Assembly (NCBI GenBank): GCA_948466315.1
Contig: CAOJZZ010000003.1
Span: 1-62,896 of the forward strand
Direction: 5' to 3'
Length of the DNA stretch: 62,896 nucleotides
Source: an uncultured Mycoplasmatota bacterium
GTDB lineage: Bacteria; Bacillota_I; Bacilli_A; RF39; UBA660
Shown: positions 61,923-62,896 of the stretch, piece after piece
How the letters are laid out: each line of letters begins with the position of its first letter
Position numbering within the stretch: position 1 is the stretch's first letter
Program-made: the position numbers and the translations under genes
The notes under the pieces: generated by a model
The model's database searches: none
Told to the model about the DNA's origin: nothing
The model's input: the letters and a program-made list of their open reading frames with translations, nothing else

Positions 61923-62464
61923 TTTCTTTCCTCCTCTAACTTAAGTTCAAAAATATCTCCCAATACATACCCATAATCTAAATATATGCTATCAACATCT
62001 TTACTAATAACATCATTCTTCTCATAACCCAAAACAGACAGAACATGATAAACAGAGTCTTCACTAGGTCCCTCTATTTCCATATAAGTAGGAATTAAAG
62101 GCCAAAAATCAATATCAATTTCTACACCATTAAATAAATACTGAATTCTTCTATTTTCTTGATAACTTCTAGGTACAAATCCCAATTCTTTTAAAAGCAA
62201 ATTACACCTTTCAAAATTATCAACTTCGATTTCTAACTCTTGTGTTCCATCAATAGAAGAAGAAACTATATTTTTAACAGTAAGTGTAGTCCTATCCCCA
62301 TTTGTACGAAGTCGTATCCACTTTTTTGAATTATTCGACAAAACATCGTAAACATAACGTCTCTGAATAAAATCCCCTTGTAATAAAGCTCCAAGCTCCT
62401 CTAACTTTTTAATAACTTTTTCTACATCAATCTCTAATATTCTAACCTCATACTCAGTATGCAA
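61919..62464 (-). CDS. CYTH-domain (class IV adenylate cyclase/CyaB-like) protein
   Basis: EYEVR, WIRLR, LTVK, ELEIEV, YMEIEG; TTG start after a GAGGAG RBS; 4-nt overlap with tyrS. Confidence 0.9.
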   Translation of the reverse strand: MHTEYEVRILEIDVEKVIKKLEELGALLQGDFIQRRYVYDVLSNNSKKWIRLRTNGDRTTLTVKNIVSSSIDGTQELEIEVDNFERCNLLLKELGFVPRSYQENRRIQYLFNGVEIDIDFWPLIPTYMEIEGPSEDSVYHVLSVLGYEKNDVISKDVDSIYLDYGYVLGDIFELKLEEERK

Positions 62465-62489
62465 AAAATCACTCCTCTTCTTATAAAAT

Positions 62490-62675
62490 ACAAAAAAACT
62501 ATCATCCACTTAAGGACGAATAGTTCGCGGTACCACCTTAATTCACATAATTGTGCACTCTAAAATCTTAACGCGATAAACGACTTTTCTCATAGTAACG
62601 TACTTCACTTTTATATCAATCTTAATTTTCACCTACCATTAAGTCTCTAAAAAATAATATAAAAACTACTAAATA
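62490..62675 (-). promoter_or_regulatory. T-box riboswitch, Tyr specifier (ends approximate)
   Basis: AGAGA and GGTGAAA stem I motifs, GAAG-TAC specifier, AAGGTGGTACCGCG T-box (62526-62539), terminator AACTATTCGTCC/GGATGATAGTT plus U-tract. Confidence 0.92.
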
Positions 62676-62896
62676 CTAATCATAGAAAATATAATATTAT
62701 ATTATCATACTACTTTAACTTTTTCAAACAAAATTTGCAAATCATTATAAAAAGCTTTTCTGTTCTAAATTGTAAGTAATATATTAATAAAAAATAAAAC
62801 TAATATATAATATTTAAAAAAAATAAAAGTGCCAAATTATTTCGGTTCTATAATAAATAGTGTTGGTGAGTAAAATCACTTGACACTATTTTTAGT

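Noticed and set aside
62465-62509. ATG 62509 as the CYTH start
   Set aside because: It lies inside the T-box terminator; GAGGAG plus TTG at 62464 fits better.
1-62896. CRISPR arrays, tRNA or rRNA genes
   Set aside because: No regularly spaced repeats, cas genes, T-arm GGTTCGA motifs or rRNA signatures seen.

Overview
Very AT-rich chromosomal window from a spore-forming Bacilli-like bacterium. An RF39-type gut lineage is an inference from composition and gene content only. Most of the window is housekeeping synteny reminiscent of Bacillus (ffh/ylxM/ftsY, rnj, rny, recA, pgsA, gpsB-rnpB, recU-ponA, nth-dnaD, cca, hup, der, spoIVA, engB, nrnA, ackA x2, SASP, thiI, ezrA, rpsD, tyrS). Two systems stand out. 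(1) A cotD-like spore-coat gene is split in two (5' half 18074-17868, 3' half 8881-8750, minus strand) by an ~8,986-bp non-phage element. Joining the halves at a shared CA dinucleotide restores a 112-aa in-frame protein and releases a circle with a symmetric 48-bp serine-integrase attP. An attP-like junction at 13710-13757 divides the element into two tandem modules. Each module has a large serine recombinase and a small coupled ORF, and the cargo includes guanylate kinase and a decayed mazEF. This looks like a skin/SPbeta-style sporulation gene rearrangement, but excision itself cannot be seen in this sequence. (2) The class III ribonucleotide reductase is split: its glycyl-radical loop (RVTGYL) is encoded by a separate 56-aa gene with its own RBS. 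The same locus has a normal NrdG, a cluster-less NrdG paralogue and a divergent Crp/Fnr regulator with a palindromic operator. A Tyr T-box controls a CYTH gene coupled to tyrS. All assignments come from reading motifs by eye; no database searches were run.
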